Source: Clostridia bacterium (GTDB lineage: Bacteria; Bacillota; Clostridia; Christensenellales; Aristaeellaceae). From it: 30,969 nt of DNA. Below are positions 8,748-16,998 of the stretch, piece by piece. Within the stretch, counting starts at the first letter, position 1; each line of letters starts with the position of its first letter. The notes under the pieces are model-generated. The model searched no databases, was not told where the DNA came from, and saw nothing but the letters and a program-made list of their open reading frames with translations. Location of the stretch: positions 1 to 30,969 of the forward strand of contig JAZRWA010000050.1 of the NCBI GenBank assembly GCA_045599485.1, written 5' to 3'. The position numbers and the translations under genes were made by a program.

Positions 8748-8823
8748 GGCGCGTTCGTCTAGTGGTCCAGGACAGCGGTCTCTAAAATCGCGAACATGGG
8801 TTCGAGCCCCATACGCGCTGCCA
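8748..8823 (+). tRNA. tRNA with anticodon CUA (decodes UAG); Glu-type architecture, not Pyl-type
   Basis: Hand-folded 76-nt cloverleaf: GGCGCGT|TC|GTCT|AGTGGTCCA|GGAC|A|GCGGT|CTCTAAA|ATCGC|GAAC|ATGGG|TTCGAGC|CCCAT|ACGCGCT|G|CCA. The acceptor stem has 7 bp (G1.U72 wobble) and the anticodon stem has 5 bp. U33 is present, the anticodon is C34-U35-A36 (8782..8784), and A37 follows. The T-loop is TTCGAGC, the variable loop has 4 nt, and the CCA end is encoded. Confidence 0.85.
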
Positions 8824-8825
8824 GC

Positions 8826-8872
8826 AGGGAAAATCAGTGATTTCAAGAAATTTCTGATTTTCCCTTATTTTA
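8826..8872 (+). terminator. intrinsic terminator after the tRNA gene
   Basis: 12-bp stem AGGGAAAATCAG ... CTGATTTTCCCT (8826..8865), followed by TATTTTAT. Confidence 0.6.
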
Positions 8873-8888
8873 TCGTCTTTTTTGCAGA

Positions 8889-9584
8889 TTATCCCTTCAT
8901 ACCATCACAAAAGGTATATCCCTTCCCCCACTCCATCACAATATAACACGGATCGGCAGGGTCTGTTTCGATCTTCTGCCTGAGATTGTGGATATGCACC
9001 AGCACCGTACGCGAGTCCCCGCCGCTGGGCATGTCCCACACGCGCCGGTACAATTCCCTCGGCGTAAAATATTTTCCCCTGTGCTGCACCAGAAAAAACA
9101 GGAGTCTGAACTCCGTCGTGCTCAGATGCACGATCTTGCCATTATTTTCTACCGTGCGGTCAACTGCGTGCAAAGTCAGCCCGCCGCACTTCAAGGAGGT
9201 ATTGTCCTCCGGCGAGAATGCACTCTCACACCGCCGCAGGTTCGCCTCGATGCGCGCCGTCAGCACCTTGTTGTTGAACGGCTTTGTCACAAAATCATCC
9301 CCGCCCGCTTCCAGCGCTTTGATGATCGTATCGCTGTCATCCAGGCAGCTGATGAATATGATGGGACAGGTATACCATTTGCGCATGTGCCGGCACAGAT
9401 CGATGCCATTCGCATCGGGCAGCAGGATGTCCATCAGCATCACATCAAAATGCTCATGCGCCAGCGCCAGGGCTTCCCCCGCCGTCTGCACACAGACCAC
9501 TTCGTATATTTCGGCTTCCTTCAGGTAGTACTCCAGTACCCCTGCAATCATATTATCGTCTTCGACGATCAGCACACGGGTCAT
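8889..9584 (-). CDS. OmpR/PhoB-family response regulator
   Basis: Receiver domain (VLIVEDD...MDILLPD...KPF) plus a winged-helix Trans_reg_C domain (LTLHAVDRTV...LSTTEFRLLFFL...GKGY). RBS AGGAGG. TAA stop. Confidence 0.9.
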   Translation of the reverse strand: MTRVLIVEDDNMIAGVLEYYLKEAEIYEVVCVQTAGEALALAHEHFDVMLMDILLPDANGIDLCRHMRKWYTCPIIFISCLDDSDTIIKALEAGGDDFVTKPFNNKVLTARIEANLRRCESAFSPEDNTSLKCGGLTLHAVDRTVENNGKIVHLSTTEFRLLFFLVQHRGKYFTPRELYRRVWDMPSGGDSRTVLVHIHNLRQKIETDPADPCYIVMEWGKGYTFCDGMKG

Positions 9585-9606
9585 CCTTTTGCCTCCTGTA
9601 TTCCGC

Positions 9607-9634
9607 TTGACACCGTAATTAAAGGCTATATAAT
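9607..9634 (+). promoter_or_regulatory. sigma-A-type promoter for the histidine kinase gene
   Basis: TTGACA at 9607..9612, 16-nt spacer, TATAAT at 9629..9634. A second TATAAT lies at 9645..9650. Confidence 0.5.
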
Positions 9635-9682
9635 AAATAAAAAGTATAATGCTGTCTTTGTGTCATGTCAAGGAGGAATCCC

Positions 9683-11524
9683 ATGCGGCTGCTTCGGCAT
9701 CGCCTCTTCGCGCCTGTCTGCCTTTTTTTGTTTATCTTTCTCCTCACCATTCTGAGTGCCCGGAGCCTCATCCTCTCGACGCCCTCCATCGCCCGAATGG
9801 AACAGGAGCCCCATCATGCGCTCTATTGCATCAGCAGCTTTGATCACGATGCATACGGCGCCTGCACGGCAACACTTCGTCCGGGAAATAATCAAATGCA
9901 GGGGATGCGTATCCTGATCCTCTCCCGCGAACAGATATCCCTTCGCATCAACGGCCGGGATGCCGTGCCTGAAGCCGGTTCGGTGACGGGTCTCATCCGC
10001 TCCTATACGCTGCCCGAGGAATACAACGATGTGCTTCTTTTGACTTTTTCCTCCGCACCGGGGGCGGCCGCTGTCTGCACAGACAAGACGGCGGCCACGC
10101 TGCTGAGCGGTCTGAACTTCGGCCTGCCCGTCTTCTATGGTATTCTGCTGGCACTCATCATCAGCAGCTTTACGATGCTCATGATTCGCCCCATCGCCAT
10201 GCTGCAGGTCTTTACAGCGTACCTGGTCTGTGTCTTCCTCTGGGGCGTGCGCAACTACCTGGGGAACATGATGGACCTGTATCCTCTGCTTGGCATCATC
10301 TCGGAATTCTGTTTTGATTTTGCCGTGGTCCTGGGCGCGGCAACCTGCCTGTTCTTCAGCAAGCGGAATGAGGCCTTGATGCCCATCACCTCTGCGCAAA
10401 TGGCCAAACTGCTGGCGGTCTGCATCCTTTTCACCATCCTCTCACAGCTGTTACCATAGGACGTGACGGGGTGGCTCAGATTTCTCAGCTATACTGTCAG
10501 CGGCATCATCCTCCTCTATTCCGTATGGAAGGGCGGCTCTACCCCCTGGTGTGTCCTGATCGGGCTTGCAATCACGCAGGGTGCCCGTTTTTCCATCATG
10601 CTGTTCGACCTCCTCGGCATGCCCGCGTGCTTTCTCCTGCCCTATCTTCGCGGGCCCCACATCTTCATGATGCCCTTCATCATCGGCTGCCAGCTGCACA
10701 TCAATTCTGTCTACGACAAAAAGTTTTGCGAAGCCGAGCAGCTGGCGGCAAAACTGAGTTAGAGCAACCGCCTGCTGGACAAAAAGGTGGAGGAGCGCAC
10801 CAGGGAGCTGCGCGACCAGGAGCAGATCCGCACCAACCTGATGACCAACATCTTCCATGATCTCCGCTCACCGCTGCTCATCATGCAGGGCTGCATGGAG
10901 CACTTAAACCGCGGAGAAAATGATCCAAAGTATCTGGAAGTGCTCACCGGCAGGCTCTCCTTCATCACAAAGCTGACGGAGGATCTGTTCAATGTCGTCA
11001 AACTCGAAGACAACACCATGCTCATGGAAACGGAGCCTGTGCCGATTAAGCCCCTGCTCGAACAGACCATCACAGGCTGCATGCCCATGCTGTAGGAAAA
11101 GCAGATCGGCCTCAACACGGAACTGGCGGATGGTATGCTGGCCTGGGGCGATGAGATCTGGCTGCAGCGCGCGCTGCAGAACCTCATCGTAAACGCTATC
11201 TACTATTCCCCGCGCGGCAGCGCGCCCATCGCGGTGCGGTTGTGGCGCGAGGACCAATGGATCGCCATCTCGGTATCCGACTCGGGCAGAGGCATCTCCG
11301 AGGAGGACCAAGCGCAGATTTTTGAAAGATACTACCGCGTAAGTGCTTCCGCGAAGCATTCATCGAGCGGCCTGGGGCTCTCCATTGCGCACAGGATCGC
11401 AGAGCAGCACCGGGGAGAGCTTACCGTGCAGAGTGAACTGGGTGCAGGCTCCTGTTTTACCATGCGCCTGCCGCTGTGGAGCACCGAGGTGGATTCGATC
11501 GTTCCTGCCGAAAACACCGATTAA
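9683..11524 (+). CDS. multi-TM sensor histidine kinase; single reading frame containing three in-frame TAG codons
   Basis: Track ORFs 9665.., 10463.., 10787.. and 11135.. all share one frame. They are separated only by TAG at 10457..10459, 10760..10762 and 11093..11095. ATG at 9683 sits 6 nt after AAGGAGG. H-box FHDLRSPL, N-box LQNLIVNAIYYS, G-boxes DSGRGI and GLGLSI. TAA stop. Confidence 0.8.
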
Positions 11525-11765
11525 GAAGTTATTAAGATTATATCGTATCGTTATCCTTTATTCTTAACTTTCAGTATCGAATATCGTCCAAAAATGGACA
11601 AAAAGTCCACTTTTCAGCCTCATGCTGCTTTTACGCCGCAGCGTGGGGCTTATTTGTTGTGCCAAATCTTAATAACCGTTTAACTCTCTGCCGCCCGAAG
11701 CCTGCTATACTTGATTTTGTAAAATTCCGGACGAACCGGAAAACAACAGAAAGAAGGCTCTGATT

Positions 11766-12686
11766 ATGAAAGCGTTGAAACGTTTTGCCGGTGCTGCCTG
11801 CGCGCTGATGCTGGCTGTATCCGGCACAGCCCTGGCCGATTACAAGCCCGGCACGTACGAGGAAGTCGTGCGCGGCATGGGCGGTAAGGTATACTTTGAG
11901 ATCACTTTTGATGAGACCTCTCTGGTCGACATCAAGATCACCAAGCACCACGAGACCGAGGGCTTCGGCGACCGCGCCATCGAAAACGTGATCCCCGCGA
12001 TCATTGCCGCCCAGTCCACCGAAGTCGACAACTGGTCAGGCGCAACCATTACGTCCGAAGCCATCAAGAAGGCCGTTACCCAGGCCATGGAAGAGGCTTA
12101 TGTAGAAGGCGAAGCCGCTCCCGCAGGGGCTGCCTTCGTGCCCGGCACGTATGAAGAAGTCGTGCGCGGCATGGGCGGAAAGGTGTACTTTGAGATCACT
12201 TTTGACGAGAACTCTCTTGTCGACATCAAGATCACCAAGCATCACGAGACCGAAGGCTTCGGCGACCGCGCCATTGAGAACGTGATCCCCGCGATCATTG
12301 CCGCCCAGTCCACCGAGGTCGATAACTGGAGCGGTGCCACGATCACGTCCGAAGCCATTAAAAAGGCCGTCACCCTCGCCATGGAAGCGGCGGCTGTGCC
12401 TGCTGCCGCGGAAGCCATCTACAAGCCCGGCACGTATGAGGAAGTCGTCCGCGGCATGGGCGGAAAGGTGTACTTCGAGATCACCTTTGATGAGACTTCT
12501 CTTGTCGATATCAAGATCACCAAGCATCACGAGACCGAAGGCTTCGGCGACCGCGCCATCGAGAACGTGATTCCCGCAATCCTTGCCGCCCAATCCACCG
12601 AGGTCGACAACTGGTCCGGTGCCACCATCACGAGCGAAGCCATTAAGAAAGCCGTCACCCAGGCCATGGCAGAGGCTGCCAATTAA
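11766..12686 (+). CDS. exported protein made of three tandem FMN_bind domains (predicted ApbE flavinylation substrate)
   Basis: Sec signal peptide MKALKRFAGAACALMLAVSGTALA. Three ~95-aa units each contain GGKVYFEITFD...ETEGFGDRAIE...VDNWSGATITSEAIKKAV (FMN_bind pattern with the Dxx[ST]GAT motif). TAA stop. Confidence 0.85.
   Translation: MKALKRFAGAACALMLAVSGTALADYKPGTYEEVVRGMGGKVYFEITFDETSLVDIKITKHHETEGFGDRAIENVIPAIIAAQSTEVDNWSGATITSEAIKKAVTQAMEEAYVEGEAAPAGAAFVPGTYEEVVRGMGGKVYFEITFDENSLVDIKITKHHETEGFGDRAIENVIPAIIAAQSTEVDNWSGATITSEAIKKAVTLAMEAAAVPAAAEAIYKPGTYEEVVRGMGGKVYFEITFDETSLVDIKITKHHETEGFGDRAIENVIPAILAAQSTEVDNWSGATITSEAIKKAVTQAMAEAAN
11841..12683 (+). repeat. three tandem near-identical coding repeats (units start at 11841, 12135 and 12420)
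   Basis: The same ~250-nt block recurs with periods of 294 and 285 nt. The protein units are almost identical and differ mainly by synonymous or linker changes. Confidence 0.85.
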
Positions 12687-12763
12687 TCAATATTTTCCGG
12701 ATCCCCCCTGCGCTTTCGCGCGGGTGCGTATAGATCACAAGATCAAACAGGAGGTTACAACAA

Positions 12764-14341
12764 ATGAAGGACATTTCCAGAAGACAATTCCTCAAGGGCG
12801 CCGCGGCCGGTACCGTCGCCGCTGCCAGCGTCGGCATGCTGGGCACTTCCGCCATGGCGGCTGCTGTCAAGTCCACCGATGTGAAGTGGGATGCTGAATA
12901 CGATGTGGTCATCGTCGGTTACGGCGCTGCCGGCGCTACCGCCGCCATCACCGCTGCTGACAAGGGTGTCAAGGTTCTGCTGACCGAAAAGTGCCCCGAA
13001 GGCCAGGAGGGCGGCAACACCAAGTACTCCGGTCAGGGTCTGCAGTGCTTCGAAGGCAAGGAAAACGCCATCACCTACTACAAGAGCCTGCGCGGCTTCT
13101 TCAACACTCCCTCCGATGCCGTCATTGAAGCCTATGCCGATAAGGTCGCCGAAATGCGTGAGTGGCTGATCTCCCTGGGCGCTGACCCCGTAAAGCTGGA
13201 CGACTACAAGGGCACCGGCGAGCCCTGGCGCTCCAAGGGTGAATATCCCGAACTGGTTGGCGCCGGTCACATGCTCTACTACTGCGTCTCCGGCAACAGC
13301 TTTGACGGCGCTTTCTACAACCTGCTGCAGGACAACGTGGATGACCGCAGCGACAAGATCGATGTCTGGTTCGAAGCTCCTGCCCAGCACCTGGTGCAGG
13401 ATCCCGAGACCAAAGAGATCCTGGGCGTTCAGATCTGCAAGGAAGGCACTGTGATGAACGTACGCGCCAAGAATGGCGTCATCCTGACCACCGGCGGCTT
13501 CGAGAACAACCCCCAGATGGTGCAGGACTACCTGCAGCAGCCCTATGTGCAGCCCTACGGCTCCCTGTACAACACCGGTGACGGCATCAAGATGGCTCAG
13601 GAAGTCAATGCCGACCTGTGGCACATGAGCAACGCCGCCGGCTTCCTGTGGTGCTACCAGCCCCCGAAGGCCTCCCGTGCCATGCCCATCCGCACCGCCG
13701 CCAAGGGCATCTTTGTCGGCCCCTCCGGTGAGCGCTACATGGATGAGACCCAGTCCACCCGTCATGGCCGCATCTACTTCGCCGGTCGTTACATCCAGAT
13801 GCCCTCCCCCCTGCCCGCTTTCATGATCATGGACTCCGACGCGATCAAGTCCGGTAAGCTGTTCAGCTCCTTCTCCGCCAACAACGAGCAGGAGATCGCC
13901 GACGGCTACTTCATCACCGCCGACACCGTGGAAGAACTGGCTGACAAGATCGCTGCCCAGCTGCCCGAAGCTGTCCATCGTCCCTATGCTGCCACCACCT
14001 TCCAGCAGAACCTGGTGAGCACCATTGAAAAGTGGAACGCTTCCTGCGACGCCGGCAAGGACGAGCGCTACGAGCGTCCCGCCAACACCCTGACCCCCAT
14101 CAAGAACGGCCCGTTCTATGCTGTGGAGATCGGTATCGAAATGTACAATACGCAGGGCGGCCCCGTCCGCAACGAAAAGGGTCAGGTCATCGACCTGGAC
14201 GGCAACCCCATTCCCCACCTGTTCTCTGCCGGCGAGCTGGGCGCCATCTGGTCCGACTCCTACAACGGCGGCGGCAACCTGGGTGAATGCGTGGCCTTCG
14301 GCCGCATCTCCGGCGAGAACGCCGCGAATGGCCTGGTCTGA
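12764..14341 (+). CDS. Tat-exported FAD-dependent oxidoreductase (fumarate-reductase / 3-ketosteroid-dehydrogenase-like flavoprotein)
   Basis: Twin-arginine signal SRRQFLKGAAAGTVAAASVG. FAD motif DVVIVGYGAAGATAA. C-terminal LFSAGELG... block typical of FAD_binding_2 proteins. TGA stop. Confidence 0.85.
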   Translation: MKDISRRQFLKGAAAGTVAAASVGMLGTSAMAAAVKSTDVKWDAEYDVVIVGYGAAGATAAITAADKGVKVLLTEKCPEGQEGGNTKYSGQGLQCFEGKENAITYYKSLRGFFNTPSDAVIEAYADKVAEMREWLISLGADPVKLDDYKGTGEPWRSKGEYPELVGAGHMLYYCVSGNSFDGAFYNLLQDNVDDRSDKIDVWFEAPAQHLVQDPETKEILGVQICKEGTVMNVRAKNGVILTTGGFENNPQMVQDYLQQPYVQPYGSLYNTGDGIKMAQEVNADLWHMSNAAGFLWCYQPPKASRAMPIRTAAKGIFVGPSGERYMDETQSTRHGRIYFAGRYIQMPSPLPAFMIMDSDAIKSGKLFSSFSANNEQEIADGYFITADTVEELADKIAAQLPEAVHRPYAATTFQQNLVSTIEKWNASCDAGKDERYERPANTLTPIKNGPFYAVEIGIEMYNTQGGPVRNEKGQVIDLDGNPIPHLFSAGELGAIWSDSYNGGGNLGECVAFGRISGENAANGLV

Positions 14342-14377
14342 CAAGCCCGTATAGCCTTTATCTGAATAACAATTCAA

Positions 14378-14413
14378 CAGAGCCCGCAACTAAGCGGGCT
14401 CTGCCTTTTCTTT
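14378..14413 (+). terminator. intrinsic terminator after the flavoprotein gene
   Basis: CAGAGCCCGC-AACTAA-GCGGGCTCTG stem-loop, followed by CCTTTTCTTT. Confidence 0.7.
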
Positions 14414-14500
14414 ATCCGCACAAATGGATCCCTGATTGTCACAGGTTCCTCTGCAAGCAAACCGAAAGCCGATCTGTTTCCGTCGTTTACACGTGCGGGA

Positions 14501-15508
14501 TTAATCCTTACTCTTCTTTGCAAAGTTCCACGCGCTTTCGCACATATCCTCCAGCGTATGGATGGCTTCCCAGCCCAGCAGCGTTTTTGCCTTTGATGCA
14601 TCGGCCCAGAAGGCGGGCAGATCGCCGGCTCTGCGAGGACCGAAATTGTAAGACAATTTGATACCGTTCACCCGTTCAAACGTATCCACCAGCTCCTGTA
14701 CCGATACACCGTGTCCCGTGCCCAGGTTGACGGCCTCCGCACCGTGATGGTTTTCCGCGTATTCCAACGCCTTCAGGTGACCCACAGCCAGGTCCACCAC
14801 GTGCAGGTAATCGCGCAGACATGTGCCGTCCGGCGTCGGATAATCGTTGCCGAAGATCGTCAGCTTTTTCAGCTTGCCCATTGCCACCTGATTGATATAG
14901 GGCATGATGTTGTTGGGGATGCCGTTCGGATCGTCGCCCAGCAGCCCGGAGCCATGCGCGCCGATCGGGTTGAAATAGCGCAGCAGCACCGCACAGAAAT
15001 CCGGATGCACGGCTGCGTAATCCGTCAGAATGCGTTCGATCATCACCTTGGTCCAGCCATAGGGACTGGTCGAGCAGATGGCCGGCATGTCTTCCTTGTA
15101 GGGGTACGGATTGTTCGGGCCATACACTGTCGCGGAGGAGGAGAAAATAAACCGTTTGCAGCCGAACTCTTCCATGACCTCCAATAGTGTCATGGTGCTG
15201 TCCAGATTGTTGCGGTAATACGCAAGAGGCTCTTCCACGCTTCTGCCGACCGCCTTGAAGCCCGCAAAATGAATGACAGCATCCACAGGCGATTCGGAAA
15301 ACGCTTGCCGCAAACCGCCACGGTCCGCGCAATCCACCTGAAAGAAAGCAGGCCTTGTCCCCGTGATCTGCTCGATACGATCGATCACATCCGCCTTGGC
15401 ATTGGACAGATCATCCACAACAGTCACCTGATACCCGGCGTTTTGCAACTCCACCATCGTATGGCTGCCGATGTACCCGGCGCCGCCTGTTACCAATACA
15501 TTCATCAA
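14501..15508 (-). CDS. galE: UDP-glucose 4-epimerase
   Basis: MMNVLVTGGAGYIGSH Rossmann motif, YGWTK catalytic motif, full length of 335 aa. RBS GGAGGA. TAA stop. Confidence 0.9.
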   Translation of the reverse strand: MMNVLVTGGAGYIGSHTMVELQNAGYQVTVVDDLSNAKADVIDRIEQITGTRPAFFQVDCADRGGLRQAFSESPVDAVIHFAGFKAVGRSVEEPLAYYRNNLDSTMTLLEVMEEFGCKRFIFSSSATVYGPNNPYPYKEDMPAICSTSPYGWTKVMIERILTDYAAVHPDFCAVLLRYFNPIGAHGSGLLGDDPNGIPNNIMPYINQVAMGKLKKLTIFGNDYPTPDGTCLRDYLHVVDLAVGHLKALEYAENHHGAEAVNLGTGHGVSVQELVDTFERVNGIKLSYNFGPRRAGDLPAFWADASKAKTLLGWEAIHTLEDMCESAWNFAKKSKD

Positions 15509-16998
15509 AGGTCCTCCGTATTGACGCTCTCGATGAAACGCTCAAAGGCCGCCCGGCCTTCGGCATTCCGTTTGTATACGCCCGCGTGCTCCAGCACCAT
15601 GGCAAACACCTTGCCCACTTCGACACGCAGGATCTTTCCAGTGTTTTCTTTCGTAAAGGAATACTGCTACTTCAGTTCCGCTGCCCAGGACGCGTGCTTT
15701 TCCAGTGTGTCCGTCAGCGGAAGGTCATGGATCAGCGCGTTTTCCAAATCGGCCAGTTCCCGCTTAAGCCGGGCAGGCAGTACCGCCAGGCCCATGACCT
15801 CGATCAGACCGATGTTTTCTTTCTTGATGTGATGCAGCTCTGCATGCGGATGATAAACGCCCAGCGGATGCTCTTCATTCGTGATGTTGTTGCGCAGCAC
15901 CAGATCAAGCTCGTAATCCTCACCCCTGCGCCGAGCGATGGGCGTAATGGTATTATGCGGCACACCGTCTGTTTCGGCAAAAATGAACGCGGAAGCGTCC
16001 GTGTAAAACCGCCAATGTTCAAGGATACGATCCGCAAGCGCTGTCAGCCGCTCCGGATCGCTGCCTGTCAGGCGCAACACACTGAGCGGCCACTTCACAA
16101 TGCATGCGCGGATATCTTCAAACCCCATAAAGGACACCGTTTTTTCGGCGGGTGCCTTTTCCATGGGGAAAGTAAAGTGTCCGCCCTGAAAATGCTCATG
16201 GCTCAGAATACTGCCGCCCACAATGGGCAGATCCGCGTTGCTGCCCACAAAGTAGTGCGGGAAGGCCGTCACAAAATCCAGCAACTTGCGAAAAACTGAA
16301 CGATCGATGACCATCGGCGTATGCTGACAGTTGAAGACGATACAGTGTTCGTTGTAGTACACATAAGGACTGTACTGCAAAAACCACTGTTCGCCCGCCA
16401 CGCTGACGGGAATCACGCGATGATTCTGCCGCGGCGGCTGTTTTATGCTGCCGGCATAACCCTCGTTTTCGGCACACAGCTGACATTTGGGGTAGCCGGA
16501 AGGCTTTGCGCTGCGGCTCGCCGCAATGGCTTTGGGATCCTTTTCCGGCTTACTCAGGTTGACGGTGATCACCAGGTCGCCGTACTCAGTCGCCACTTCC
16601 CAGCGCAGGTCTTTGGCGATGCGGTAGCGGCGAATGTAGTCCGTATCCTGCGAAAATGTATAGTACCAGTCGGTGGCTTCTTTGGGCGATTGTGCATACA
16701 GATCGGCAAAGCGGCACCGCACCTCATGAGGGCGGGGCGTCAGAATGCCCATCAGGCGGGTATCCAGCAGATCACGGCTTGTCACATCGTCCGGGCATAC
16801 TCCGCGCCGGACGGCGTCATCCAGCAAACCTTTCAGTATTTCCTCCAGCGGCATATCCACGCCCTCGGATGCTGAATACGCATCCAGGGACAATGCGTCC
16901 AGCAGTTGATTTACAATGAAGGTGCTGTCGCATGCCTCGATAAGCCCGTGCCGGATGCCGTAACGGATCAAAGAACTCAGGAATTCGTCGTTGCTCAA
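15505..16998 (-). CDS. galT: galactose-1-phosphate uridylyltransferase (type 2, Firmicutes-like) with one in-frame TAG
   Basis: TTG start at 16998 after AAGGAGGAAGAAC. The track ORF stops at TAG 15667..15669, but the frame continues for 53 more codons (QYSFTKENTGKILRVEVGKVFAMVLEHAGVYKRNAEGRAAFERFIESVNTEDL) to TGA 15505..15507. That TGA overlaps the galE ATG in an ATGA arrangement. Confidence 0.8.

Noticed and set aside
8747-8820. C8747 could pair with G8820 to give an 8-bp acceptor stem, which would be tRNA-Sec- or tRNA-His-like.
   Set aside because: The anticodon is CUA, not UCA or GUG. There is no long variable arm and no 6-bp D-stem as in tRNA-Sec. One extra complementary flanking base is easily coincidental.
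8748-8823. Could the CUA tRNA be tRNA-Pyl, making this pyrrolysine decoding?
   Set aside because: tRNA-Pyl has an atypical fold: a very short D-loop without the GG, a 3-nt variable loop, an elongated anticodon stem and no canonical TPsiC sequence. This tRNA has a 9-nt D-loop with GG, a standard 5-bp anticodon stem and a TTCGAGC T-loop. No pylS or pylBCD genes are in the window. The TAG-containing genes are not methylamine methyltransferases. Absence of pyl genes elsewhere in the genome cannot be verified from this window.
8613-8846. Track ORFs 8613..8846 (-) and 8570..8785 (+) overlap the tRNA region.
   Set aside because: They have no RBS and no recognisable protein features, and they overlap a well-folded tRNA and its terminator. 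I treat them as spurious.
11841-12683. Could the ~290-nt tandem repeats be a CRISPR array or non-coding satellite?
   Set aside because: The repeats are directly adjacent with no unique spacers. They lie in one open frame and encode three complete FMN_bind domains. They are intragenic domain duplications.
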